51,523 bases of DNA from Pyrinomonadaceae bacterium (GTDB lineage: Bacteria; Acidobacteriota; Blastocatellia; Pyrinomonadales; Pyrinomonadaceae), in assembly GCA_041744535.1 (NCBI GenBank), contig JBGTKR010000491.1, positions 1-51,523 of the forward strand, given 5' to 3'. The translations under genes were made by a program, and so were the position numbers. Shown here one piece after another: positions 25,611 through 34,965 of the stretch. Under the pieces are notes generated by a model. That model searched no databases. It saw only the letters and a list, made by a program, of their open reading frames with translations, and was not told the origin of the DNA. How positions within the stretch are numbered: position 1 is the stretch's first letter; each line of letters starts with the position of its first letter.

Positions 25611-27848
25611 TTAATAACGCGGCGTTCGGGTCAAACGGAGAATCAAATCATCCCATCTTTTCCAGGCGGTCTCGTTTGAAGCGCTTATCAATATTTTCTT
25701 AAGCTCTTTTTTCTTAAACGTTTTATCTTGTTTTGACAGGCTCTCGAATGCCGCCAAGAGTTTATCGTAACTTTCCTTTTCTGCCGCCGCCAAATTTTTC
25801 TCCCTGATCTCCTTAGCCATCTCTTGCTTAAGAAACTCATACGCAAGGTTCGTAACAAGGTATTGCTCAAACCAGAAAAGTGTTTTGACCTGTGTGATGA
25901 TATTCTTACCGTCCCTTCCGACCTGGTTTCTCTGGATACTGACCGTATCTTGTGCAATTTGCTCGGTACCTGTTTTGATCTCGCCCAGTAAAGCTTTGTT
26001 CGATTTGTTAATGCCAACTAATGATTCGGTACCCGGGTCATCTCCAGCCGAACCAACCACCCTTTTAAGATTGGCAAGGTCATTTGAAAAACCATTAAGC
26101 CTGGTGAGAAGGTTACCGTTATTTGGCTCATTAATGTTTTTGTAATAATCAGCGGTTCCGAGAAAATCTGAAATCCGGTTTATTTTTCCGAATAATTTAC
26201 TGTCATCGCGTCCCGCATTCGAATCGCCGATGTCTTCCGTAATTTTTTCTAATCCACTAAACAAAGTTGTTGATTTTCCGGGAGTCGGGTCGCCGATCCG
26301 ACCAACAAATTCACTTCTTAGACTGTTGACCTCGCGTTCAAAGTTTGACGTATCGATTACTGAACGACCTCCAGGAAATAGGAGGACTCTGACGTTCCCT
26401 CCAAACTGAGCGTTATTTATTCGCTGCTCTAATTTATTAACACTCCCCTTTAGCTCATTAAGGCTCAAAGTCAGGGCTTGAACCGATTGGTCATTAAAGT
26501 TATAATCATCCCCAAACGTAAAAAAATTACGGTCTGAGTTTTTGTTGTTCGGGGCACCTTTCCCGCCACTGGTGATATTCGAATTCAAGAGGGCGTTTTG
26601 CGTCTCCCCCGATCTGTAATCAGATGAGATCAGACCTTCCGCCGAGGTTGGAAATTGAGTGGCAACGACGACGACAGCCGCCGAGCCGATACCGATCGCA
26701 ACCAAAGTGGGAAAAATTGCCGGAATAATACCCGGGGCGAGCGGGGATATCTTTTTTAAAGCCAGAAATTCCGTAGCTTTTCCCGTTAATGTATCAGCCG
26801 AACCCGACAGGAAAAAGATGCGCCTGACAGGTATCAAAATTATAAAGAGCAGGGCGAAAACAATAACGGCATTAAGACTTATCGTGAGAAGCTTGTAAGC
26901 GATACTTAATTTTCCGTTATCATCAAAAAACAGTTTCTCTCCGCCTTCTGCTAATTCGGTAAAAAATGTTTTGCTTTCACTGCCCTGCGCGGAAGCCGAA
27001 TCTTTTTTTATTTGTAAAGAACTTTCCCATTTTCCCTTTGTCAGATAAATATTTCTGAAAATGGGCTGGTAGGAAGAGGCGACGTTTTCAATTCTGTTTT
27101 TGTACTCATTTGTTATGTTGGCTCTTTCGCTTTTCGATATGAGAGTTTCAGATTCCTCATCTAATTTTATTATTAATTCTTGCGGAGTATATTTTTTTTG
27201 TTCGCTTTTGTCTCTGATTTTGGTGAGAATCGCCCGTTTTCCGTCAGCTTTAATACCCGGCTTAACCGGCTCGGGAAATTTTATCTGAACAAAACTTTCA
27301 ATATCGACTTCCGTTACGTTATCTTCTAGAAACTCGGTCAGGGCTTGTTTTATCTCAAACAACTCCTTCATCTTTTCTTCCCTGATTTCATTTTCAGCTC
27401 TCAATGATATAAACAAGCTATTTTGCAGACTCGCCAGTTTTATATCGCGGCTCTTTATCACAGCTCCGTTTAAGGCTCCGATCATCTCATCTTCGCCGCT
27501 AAAGTTCTGGTATTGAATTTCAAGGATGCCCCGCCGAATTGTTTGAATCTGCTCCTCATTTAAACTACCGTGCTTTTGTTCCCCGTTTGGATTTTTAATC
27601 TTTTCGACCACCTTTTCAGACGGGATTGTCCTGACATACTTAAGATCAGGCGGATCCTCATCGGTTATCACAATTGGTGATTTTTTCCGTTTCCCATAAT
27701 CCGTCTGACAGGCTTCCAATTTTATTAGCAGAGACATTGCCAATAGGGAGATGACGACAAAAATAACGGGTCTTTTGGTTCTTTCCCAAATGATTTTAAC
27801 AGTTTTATCATCATTTGACTGAACTTTTTCAGGAGCTTTTTTTGACAT
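25611..27848 (-). CDS. Large membrane protein with coiled-coil-like segments, unknown function
   Basis: The N-terminal TM segment is VIFVVISLLAMSLLIKL. Two central TM helices are LLTISLNAVIVFALLFIILIPV and IIPAIFPTLVAIGIGSAAVVVVAT. Long charged helical stretches flank them. I recognised no catalytic motif. Confidence 0.6.
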   Translation of the reverse strand: MSKKAPEKVQSNDDKTVKIIWERTKRPVIFVVISLLAMSLLIKLEACQTDYGKRKKSPIVITDEDPPDLKYVRTIPSEKVVEKIKNPNGEQKHGSLNEEQIQTIRRGILEIQYQNFSGEDEMIGALNGAVIKSRDIKLASLQNSLFISLRAENEIREEKMKELFEIKQALTEFLEDNVTEVDIESFVQIKFPEPVKPGIKADGKRAILTKIRDKSEQKKYTPQELIIKLDEESETLISKSERANITNEYKNRIENVASSYQPIFRNIYLTKGKWESSLQIKKDSASAQGSESKTFFTELAEGGEKLFFDDNGKLSIAYKLLTISLNAVIVFALLFIILIPVRRIFFLSGSADTLTGKATEFLALKKISPLAPGIIPAIFPTLVAIGIGSAAVVVVATQFPTSAEGLISSDYRSGETQNALLNSNITSGGKGAPNNKNSDRNFFTFGDDYNFNDQSVQALTLSLNELKGSVNKLEQRINNAQFGGNVRVLLFPGGRSVIDTSNFEREVNSLRSEFVGRIGDPTPGKSTTLFSGLEKITEDIGDSNAGRDDSKLFGKINRISDFLGTADYYKNINEPNNGNLLTRLNGFSNDLANLKRVVGSAGDDPGTESLVGINKSNKALLGEIKTGTEQIAQDTVSIQRNQVGRDGKNIITQVKTLFWFEQYLVTNLAYEFLKQEMAKEIREKNLAAAEKESYDKLLAAFESLSKQDKTFKKKELKKILISASNETAWKRWDDLILRLTRTPRY

Positions 27849-28631
27849 AGCTTTGTCTTATCCTTTAATTTTTGCAGAGCAAATTCTTATAATTTCTTCC
27901 AAACCGGTGCGGAAATCTTTTTAATTTTTCAAGGAGGTTTTCCGCGATTTGGATTTTCTGCCGAAACAGCCTGTAGCGGGTAGACCTCTTTCCTCTTCAA
28001 ATAATATGGGCTGTCAATCTGGCTTTATCTTCGGCTGAACAGCCGCACGCCCCTTTCCACAAAATTTGTTATCCATACTGTTATGTCAAAAACGGCAGAA
28101 ATATTACAAAAAAAATTCCGGTGTTGTTTTTATGAATAAAAACAGGGGTAAATTTTATTTATTACCAATAATATTTTTCTTGATTTATGGGGGGGCAGAA
28201 TTGGTATTGTTTGCGATAGCCCGGTTCGCAGTTTCGGTGCCCGGTAAATATATAATCAATTTTGAACGGAGACTTTTTATGAGAAAGGACGAATCTTTAA
28301 TTACTGACTAATTCCATAGCAAAACCGTATCAAAAGATAATGATAAACCGGATCAACCAGAAAGTCCGATGATCCGGCAGTCTCAAAAATTCAGACATAA
28401 TTATAAATTAAAGGTTGGGGACAAAGATGAAGACAGCAATAACTAAACCACTCTGCACTGCAAGTGCAGAGGTTTTGGAATCGGAACGCGAATAAAATTC
28501 GCTTTATTGCTCTTTTCTGATTAAGAAAAGAAAACTTAATAAATTCTTGCGCTGAAAGCGCATAGCTTTTACTAGCGTACTGGAACAGTAAAACAAGCAA
28601 AGAAGGAACGCGACTGCCGGATTCATATGAT

Positions 28632-28840
28632 ATGAATGTTAAGCTAACTGATGCCCAATGGCAAAAGATTTGCCCGTGTTAAGATCATTTCCCGAAATTC
28701 GTCTTGGTGCCGAACTTGACTGCCGCCGCTTTCTCGAAGCCGTTCTGTGGATTTCCCGTTCCGGCTCACAATGGCGGCTCTTGCCGAAACAGTACGGCAA
28801 ATGGAATTCCGTTTTCAAACGCTTTTTCTATAAATCTTGA
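28632..28840 (+). pseudogene. IS5-family transposase N-terminal (DUF4096-type) remnant, frameshifted and truncated
   Basis: MNVKLTDAQWQKICPC runs into a stop at 28680. The sequence continues in another frame as LRSFPEIRLGAELDCRRFLEAVLWISRSGSQWRLLPKQYGKWNSVFKRF. The DDE domain is absent. Confidence 0.75.
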
Positions 28841-28875
28841 ATAAATTTAATAAATTCAATTTGTATTTAATTAAG

Positions 28876-29047
28876 TCCGACAGGCGCGACGCGATTCATC
28901 AAGCAATCAAAAAAAGCTAAACACGGAGATGTTGTAATTATTGTGGGAAAAGGACACGAAAATTATCAGATCAACGGCAACGAAAAACATCATTTTGACG
29001 GCCGCGAAATCGCGCTGGAAGCTTTGGAAATATTGCGGGATTCTTAA
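28876..29047 (+). pseudogene. murE: C-terminal fragment of a MurE-type Mur ligase, frameshifted in an A7 run
   Basis: [13 protein letters not shown] in one frame continues after a frame shift as [43 protein letters not shown] followed by a stop. GKGHExYQ...HFDDRE is the conserved MurE C-terminus. No upstream part of the gene is present. Confidence 0.7.
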
Positions 29048-29052
29048 AGTTT

Positions 29053-29868
29053 TTATTGATTAAGCCAAGTTATGTCATTAAAGATATGAACTATAGGAAA
29101 ACCTTGTCCTAATAATATCTTCTGAGCATTCTCACTATCTGTTTCAGTATATCCGTGAACAATTATTTTATCGGACAAAGAAACTTCATTTACGGCTCTG
29201 ATGGAGAGTTCATCTATAGGAATATTAATTGCTCCGGAAAGATGTTTTTGATGATACGCATCTCTTAATCTAACATCAATAATAACGGGTTTTGGATTTT
29301 CTTTTAGTAAATTTTCGATTTTCTCTTTATCAACAAAAGAATCTTTCTTCAAAGGTATATTGAGTTTTAATCTAACTTCGTTTTCTTTGTTCGGCGGTAG
29401 ATACCCGACCCATATATCTTCAATTTTTCCTTCATCATTTACAATCATCAAAACCGGTGTAGCATTAAATCCGATTTGTGCAAAATCAATAGTAAAAACA
29501 TTGAGATTTGCAAGATTGGACTTAATTAAAAACTCTTTCATTTGAAAGTCCGCATCAGAAGAAAAAACAGTCAATTCCGTATTGTCTAAATCGGAAACTT
29601 CTTTCGACAAAGTCTCATAAAAATAAGCACTTTTTACACAATACTGACATGACGAATGTAAAATTAAAAAAATGTTAGTTTTTCCTGCCTTAAAATTAAA
29701 GGCAGGAATATTTATTTGATCCCCAACCCTAAAATTTCTTTTTGGTTTGTCCGAAGAAGAAAAAAAATAGCTTTTTATCACCAGAATAATAAAACATAAA
29801 CTCAATATTACAAGAGAAATATTTACTATTATTCTAAAATAATCTGTGTTTTTCTTATTTTGAATCAT
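29053..29868 (-). CDS. Membrane-anchored thioredoxin-like (CxxC) plus rhodanese-like domain protein
   Basis: The TM anchor is IIVNISLVILSLCFIILVI. The thioredoxin-like part is ILHSSCQYCV...TPVLMIVNDEGKIEDIW. The rhodanese-like part is VIIDVRLRDAYHQKHLSGAINIP...IIVHGYTETD, which has no active-site Cys. The start overlaps the upstream stop as ATGA (29865-29868). Confidence 0.7.
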   Translation of the reverse strand: MIQNKKNTDYFRIIVNISLVILSLCFIILVIKSYFFSSSDKPKRNFRVGDQINIPAFNFKAGKTNIFLILHSSCQYCVKSAYFYETLSKEVSDLDNTELTVFSSDADFQMKEFLIKSNLANLNVFTIDFAQIGFNATPVLMIVNDEGKIEDIWVGYLPPNKENEVRLKLNIPLKKDSFVDKEKIENLLKENPKPVIIDVRLRDAYHQKHLSGAINIPIDELSIRAVNEVSLSDKIIVHGYTETDSENAQKILLGQGFPIVHIFNDITWLNQ

Positions 29869-31931
29869 TGAAACTGTTTCGGATTTTCAACGCGACCGAC
29901 TCCTTTGGCATCTATGACGAAATAAAAGGTAACTTTTCCACGAATGCTAATTGCTTTATCATTCATTCTGCTTGGTTTAAATTTCCATTGTTGCATTGCT
30001 TTTGCAACAGATTCACCTGTTGCAGAATCGGGCGATTCGAGAATTTTCACTTCTGAAACATCACCGTTTCCGTCATATTGAATTTCGGCAACTGCTACAC
30101 CTTTGCTCTTTTTCTGAAGCGATTCTTTCGGATAAGCCGGCATTATTTTCTTGACGGCTGATTTACGAATACCATCTTCACCGACTCTAACGACTATCTC
30201 ATCAACCTTCATTGGTTTATTTTTCACTTTCGACAAAAGAGATTTAGCCAAAATAACAAAGGCTTGTCCTTTCAGCGATTCGTTTTTCAAACTTTCGATA
30301 ATTTGAAGTCCCTCCTCTTCTCTACCAACAATCACTTTTTCAAAATTCTTTTGAAAATCGAGATTGACTCCGCTTACTGATAAATTAAAACGTAGGTTCA
30401 AAGGCTCAAGCGAAATCTTACGCATCAGCGAGGACTGTGTTAGGTTTTCAAATCTGTTAAATGAATTTATTGCTTCATTTAACACCGTGTTGGATTGAAA
30501 ATTGTCGTCTTCGCTCATTTGTCCGCTAATAAATAAAAGCAAAAATGGTGTATTCTGATCATTTAAACGACTTGCCGTCATTTGAGCCGAATTAAGTTCG
30601 GCGGTCGCCTGTAATTTACGACTTTGTTTTTCTGCCGCAATACCAAGCCATAGCAAACACTTTTCGGAACTAACAGGAAGTTTTTCCGCTATTTGCGTAG
30701 CTTGTCCAAGATGAATTTCTCCGTTTTTAATAAGAACTCTGGCTTCACCAAACAGAATAAGAGTTTCTAATTCATTTTTAATGCTGGTATTTTCGATCTT
30801 AGCCGCAGCAATTCGCGCAGTTTGAAAATCGTTCTGCCGCCAAGACTGAAAGACAATATCCAAAAATAGCTGGTCACGGGTGTGTGAATCGGCAATTTTC
30901 TCTATTTCTTCGATTCTTTCGGAAGGTGTGACGGAGTTAGTTTTATTATGATATTTGAATGCATCTTCGTTAGTCATTTCTAAAGAAATCTCTGGTGTCA
31001 AAGATGCCATTGCACCGCCGATGGCACCGACTAAATCTGGTGCAAACTCTTGAGCTTTTGGAATCAATAAATATCCAAGAGCGTATTTACTTTCTCTTTG
31101 ATTTTGTTCATTTGACGGACGATGTATTACGATAACAGCATTTCGTATATATTCACGCACTAAATTAGGCGAAATATTCGGCAAACTTACCGCAATGTTC
31201 GGAAACATAATATTACCGATTCTGGTTAAAGAAACAGATTGGAAATCTTGTGAATTGATAAAAGGCGAGGAAAAGAGATACGTTCCAAGCATTGCAAATT
31301 GATTAGCGTCAACCCGGCGTTGATGCGGAAAAACCGAAATCACTTGCAAAAATAATTGATTTGCTTCCGCTTCATTTTGCTGTCTTAAATTTTTCAAAAA
31401 CCTGACAAAGTTCTCCGTATATTCATTTTGAAGACTCTGTGCGGCAAATTCAGCGGCGCGTTTTGAATCATCTTTTAATAATCTGTCGGCAATTTCGAGA
31501 TTGACATTTGCCGAACCACCGAATTCTTCGGCAAATCCATTGATCAGATCTTTAGCCCAAATCGGATCGTTTTTCGCAATTAAAGCGGTAACTTCAAGAA
31601 AAGCGTTCTTCCGTCGTGCAATTTCTCTTTCTTCGTTTTTTTTATCTACCGACAACTTACTGATGGAAATTGTGAACAAAGATCGGGCGTAATCTGCATC
31701 TTTTGACCAAACATTATCAGCAAGTTGAGCCAACGAAATCGCCGCGACTCTCTGATCCTTAAAATTTGAAATCTGTTGTGAAATGGAATGAATTGTATCA
31801 ATCCTCGAGTCTGAAAATCCTAAAGACGGTTTTTCCAATCGGCTCTTAATGGATTTTGCTTTGATGGTATCAAAACAAAATAAAATTATAATTAAAAGAA
31901 CTGCAGTTTTTATGTTGAAATTTTTCTTCAT
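29865..31931 (-). CDS. Secreted protein with C-terminal TonB-C domain
   Basis: The start is set at MKKNFNIKTAVLLIIILFCF (signal peptide, with an AAGGTG-like RBS upstream). The C-terminus PAYPKESLQKKSKGVAVAEIQYDGNGDVSEVKILESPD...AMQQWKFKPS is the TonB C-terminal fold signature. Confidence 0.75.
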   Translation of the reverse strand: MKKNFNIKTAVLLIIILFCFDTIKAKSIKSRLEKPSLGFSDSRIDTIHSISQQISNFKDQRVAAISLAQLADNVWSKDADYARSLFTISISKLSVDKKNEEREIARRKNAFLEVTALIAKNDPIWAKDLINGFAEEFGGSANVNLEIADRLLKDDSKRAAEFAAQSLQNEYTENFVRFLKNLRQQNEAEANQLFLQVISVFPHQRRVDANQFAMLGTYLFSSPFINSQDFQSVSLTRIGNIMFPNIAVSLPNISPNLVREYIRNAVIVIHRPSNEQNQRESKYALGYLLIPKAQEFAPDLVGAIGGAMASLTPEISLEMTNEDAFKYHNKTNSVTPSERIEEIEKIADSHTRDQLFLDIVFQSWRQNDFQTARIAAAKIENTSIKNELETLILFGEARVLIKNGEIHLGQATQIAEKLPVSSEKCLLWLGIAAEKQSRKLQATAELNSAQMTASRLNDQNTPFLLLFISGQMSEDDNFQSNTVLNEAINSFNRFENLTQSSLMRKISLEPLNLRFNLSVSGVNLDFQKNFEKVIVGREEEGLQIIESLKNESLKGQAFVILAKSLLSKVKNKPMKVDEIVVRVGEDGIRKSAVKKIMPAYPKESLQKKSKGVAVAEIQYDGNGDVSEVKILESPDSATGESVAKAMQQWKFKPSRMNDKAISIRGKVTFYFVIDAKGVGRVENPKQFQ

Positions 31932-32540
31932 CTTATTCACCTTGGAAACAGCACAAACTAAACAAACTGTATCGGACATCCTCTATACACATTCAAAGAA
32001 AAGTATAGAATAAGTTTTTCCCCATTGGCTTTTTATTATGTGACGGGCATCATTGATTTCACGCTTATCTAAAACTCGAATACCCATATTTATCGTTACG
32101 TTAATCAACGCAATAAATACATTGCCAACGTTTTCTCCCATTAGTATTTATTTATCATTTAATGGAAATTATACTTAGAACTTGCCTAAGCAGACTTTCC
32201 CTTTCACACAGTCATAGCTCGAAAATATGATTTATGCAAACCAGACCACAAATTGTAAATCTTTGTACGAAAAATTAAATCTTTATTCTTCACCAAATAA
32301 TAATTTTAACCAAAGCAATCTGTCCTGCTAATAAGCTTAATAAATTTTGAAAATTCGTTATTTTCGGACTACCCCGCTAGCCCCGCTGACGGGGTATTCG
32401 CCCGAAAATTTTGCCCCAAACGGCAAAACCACGAATTTTTTAAAAACAAGAAGTTACCCCCTACAGGGTGAATAAGGAAACCCACGCTGCAAAAAGACGG
32501 GGAATTCTTTTAGATTAAAATTTATAATTTAAGAACCGTT

Positions 32541-32780
32541 TCAATCAAGAATACAAGTGCCTGGAGTAACATGACAGCTACAGGTTTCTTGAATGGGAAT
32601 ACAACTTGGGAAACCGCCCGGTGATTCAACACAACCGACACAAAGCCCCCCGCTTAAAACGACGCAATTTTCACAAGATGCACTTAAACTATCCGTACTC
32701 AACCCTAATTGCAAGGTGATTCCGATTAACATTGCTAAAAGCATTACTCTAAGCTTTAAACTTTTCAAAATTTTTTTCAT
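32541..32780 (-). CDS. Small secreted cysteine-rich peptide (8 Cys in the last 45 aa)
   Basis: The hydrophobic leader is MKKILKSLKLRVMLLAMLIGITLQLGL. The mature part is SASCENCVVLSGGLCVGCVESPGGFPSCIPIQETCSCHVTPGTCILD. Confidence 0.5.
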   Translation of the reverse strand: MKKILKSLKLRVMLLAMLIGITLQLGLSTDSLSASCENCVVLSGGLCVGCVESPGGFPSCIPIQETCSCHVTPGTCILD

Positions 32781-33098
32781 AGTGATTCTCCTTATTAAGT
32801 TTTCTAAAATCCGAATTTTCTATAAAGAAAGAAAATGGCAAAAAGAGTTTTTTGAATAAAATATAAAATCTACTTAAAGCTCTATATGAATAAAGTTTGA
32901 TTGTTAGGCAAAAATCCAAAAGTTTTGTAAATAGCTTACCTAGTCATTACTTACTCTATCTGCTTTTTTCAATTATTTTACAACAGTCAGCCAAAAGCTA
33001 TTTAAAGCGTCCATTGTAATGGAACTCTTCTAATTGGTTGTTAATTGAAATGGGAATAATGATATAGCAAAGTGCAGAAATTAAGCAATATTTTTTTA

Positions 33099-33464
33099 TT
33101 AGTGGATTCTGCTATTTACTTGCAAATTATCTGATTCTCGAAAGTTTTTCCGAAATTTAGTAGGTGTTATTTGAAATGTCTGTTTGAAACTGCATAAAAA
33201 ATGCGATAAATCTGAGTATCCTATCTTAACTTGGATTTGTTTAATGCTTAAATCGGTGGTTTGTAAAAGTTTTTTTGCTTTCTCAAGTCGACGTTTTTTT
33301 AGGTAGTTAGTGAAGCTCATTCCGACTTCTTTTTTGAACAAATGCTGAAAATAAGAAATGGACAAACCTTTTGACTCGGAAACCGGTTTGATTTTCATTG
33401 GCTGAGAAATATTTTCATCAATTTTGAGCAAAATTTCTTTAATTCGATAATCCATTTGAATCAC
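33099..33464 (-). CDS. Short AraC-family HTH protein (DNA-binding domain only)
   Basis: LSISYFQHLFKKEVGMSFTNYLKKRRLEKAKKLL...IKQIQVKIGYSDLSHFLCSFKQTFQITPTKFRK is the two-HTH AraC C-terminal module. Confidence 0.8.
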   Translation of the reverse strand: MIQMDYRIKEILLKIDENISQPMKIKPVSESKGLSISYFQHLFKKEVGMSFTNYLKKRRLEKAKKLLQTTDLSIKQIQVKIGYSDLSHFLCSFKQTFQITPTKFRKNFRESDNLQVNSRIH

Positions 33465-33599
33465 CCTGATTTTGGAATATAAGAGTTAAAAAACATGATA
33501 AAAAGTTTTAGACAATTATGTTTTAGTCTGATTTATCGTTGATAATATATTACAGGTGCATTCTTATGTCAATAAATTTTATTTTTTAAGCAAAACAAC

Positions 33600-34860
33600 T
33601 AGGGCTTATTCAAAGTAGGAATAGATATTTGAAAAATTAAAAAGACTTTCCCACAATTGGTTTGATGTCACGCTAATAACATTTTAACCAGAGGAAAGTC
33701 TTTATGAACAATAGCACAAAAACCGCAGAGAATAATAAAAGTGTTGTTTCAATATTTGCTGAAATGACAGATCAAAGAAAGCCGAAAGGAGTTCGTTATC
33801 AATTTCAACTGTTACTTATTTTGTTGAGTTTAGCGCGCGATATGCAATCAAGACACCCCATCTGAAATATCTGATTGGGTGAAGAACCGGGAAGATTTAT
33901 TAAAAGAAAAGTTAGATTTGGATTGGAAACAGATGCCATCGCAATCGACCTGGCAGAGATTGATCGGCACGAACATAGATGCATCGCAGTTCGATAAAAA
34001 GGTTTCCGAGTATTTTCAGAGTCTGAGTTCAAATGAGCGGCAATTATATAATTTAGATGGAAAAGTCGTTTGCGGAACGGTTGAAAAAGAAACATCGGAG
34101 CAGTTGTATTTATTGGCATTGCAGGAGCAGAAAACGAATTTGGTAATTGAGCAAACTCAGATAAAGACCGGCGAAAATGAAATTACGGGAGCAAAAAGAT
34201 TATTAGAGCGAACCGCGTTATCAAAGAAAATAGTGTCGGGAGATGCGATCTTTGCTCAACAGTAATTATCCGAGAAAGTAGTTTCAAGCGGAGGCGAATA
34301 TCTGTGGAAACTGCGAGCCAATCAAGGAAAGATTTATGAGTTGGCAAAGCAACATTTTGAAGAACTGTCGGATCGCTATCTGGAGCGAGCAAGCAGTTTG
34401 GAAAAAGGACACGGGCGAATAGATGAAAGAGAAATCTTGACGAGTTTTCGTCTTGCCGGACAAATTGAGTTTCCCTATTTGGAGCAAGTCTTCAAGATTA
34501 CTCGTTGGAGTCAGCAAGTAAAGACAGGAAAGGTTTCCGAACAAACGATTTACGGGATCACATCGGGAAGTGTAGAAGAGTTTTCAGCCGAAGAATTATT
34601 GAAATTAACCAGAGAGCATTGGGGAATCGAAAACGGCTTACATTATCGGCGGGATGTAACTTTTAAGGAAGATGCGTGTCGTCAAACAAGTAAAAAAGGC
34701 GGAAGAGTATTGGCAGTCTTAAACAACCTAACAATCGGAATATTAAGAAAAAGGGGTTGGGAAAATATAGCCAAAGCAAGGCGATATTATGATGCTCTGA
34801 TAGATAAAGCTTTGAGTTTGATAATGACTCCCTTAGATTGCCTACTTTGAATAAGCCCTA
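33600..34860 (+). mobile_element. ISAs1-family insertion sequence, decayed
   Basis: The terminal inverted repeats are perfect 20-bp copies: tagggcttattcaaagtagg (33600-33619) and cctactttgaataagcccta (34841-34860). They enclose an ISAs1-like transposase reading frame. Confidence 0.85.
33704..34850 (+). pseudogene. ISAs1-family (H-repeat-associated type) transposase, inactivated
   Basis: The N-terminus is FAEMTDQRKPKGVRYQFQLLLILLSLA. A frameshift lies near 33840-33880. An in-frame TAA at 34263-34265 (GDAIFAQQ, stop, LSEKVVSSGGEYLWKLRANQ) splits pieces that share the same frame. Confidence 0.8.
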
Positions 34861-34957
34861 CGCCTCCGTTGCTTTTGCTGGCTATAATTAATCAGATTAT
34901 TTAAAGTTTGTTAGTATATGCAAACAGGAGAAGAGAATAATGAAAAATGCTGAAGGT

Positions 34958-34965
34958 CTTTTGAT
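34958..34965. repeat. Left copy of the 8-bp target-site duplication of the IS256 insertion
   Basis: cttttgat lies immediately outside the left IR. The identical octamer lies immediately outside the right IR. Confidence 0.85.

Noticed and set aside
28066-28311. An 81-aa ORF with one hydrophobic helix.
   Set aside because: It could be a real small membrane protein. However, it is isolated, AT-rich and has no conserved motif, so the evidence is insufficient to annotate it.
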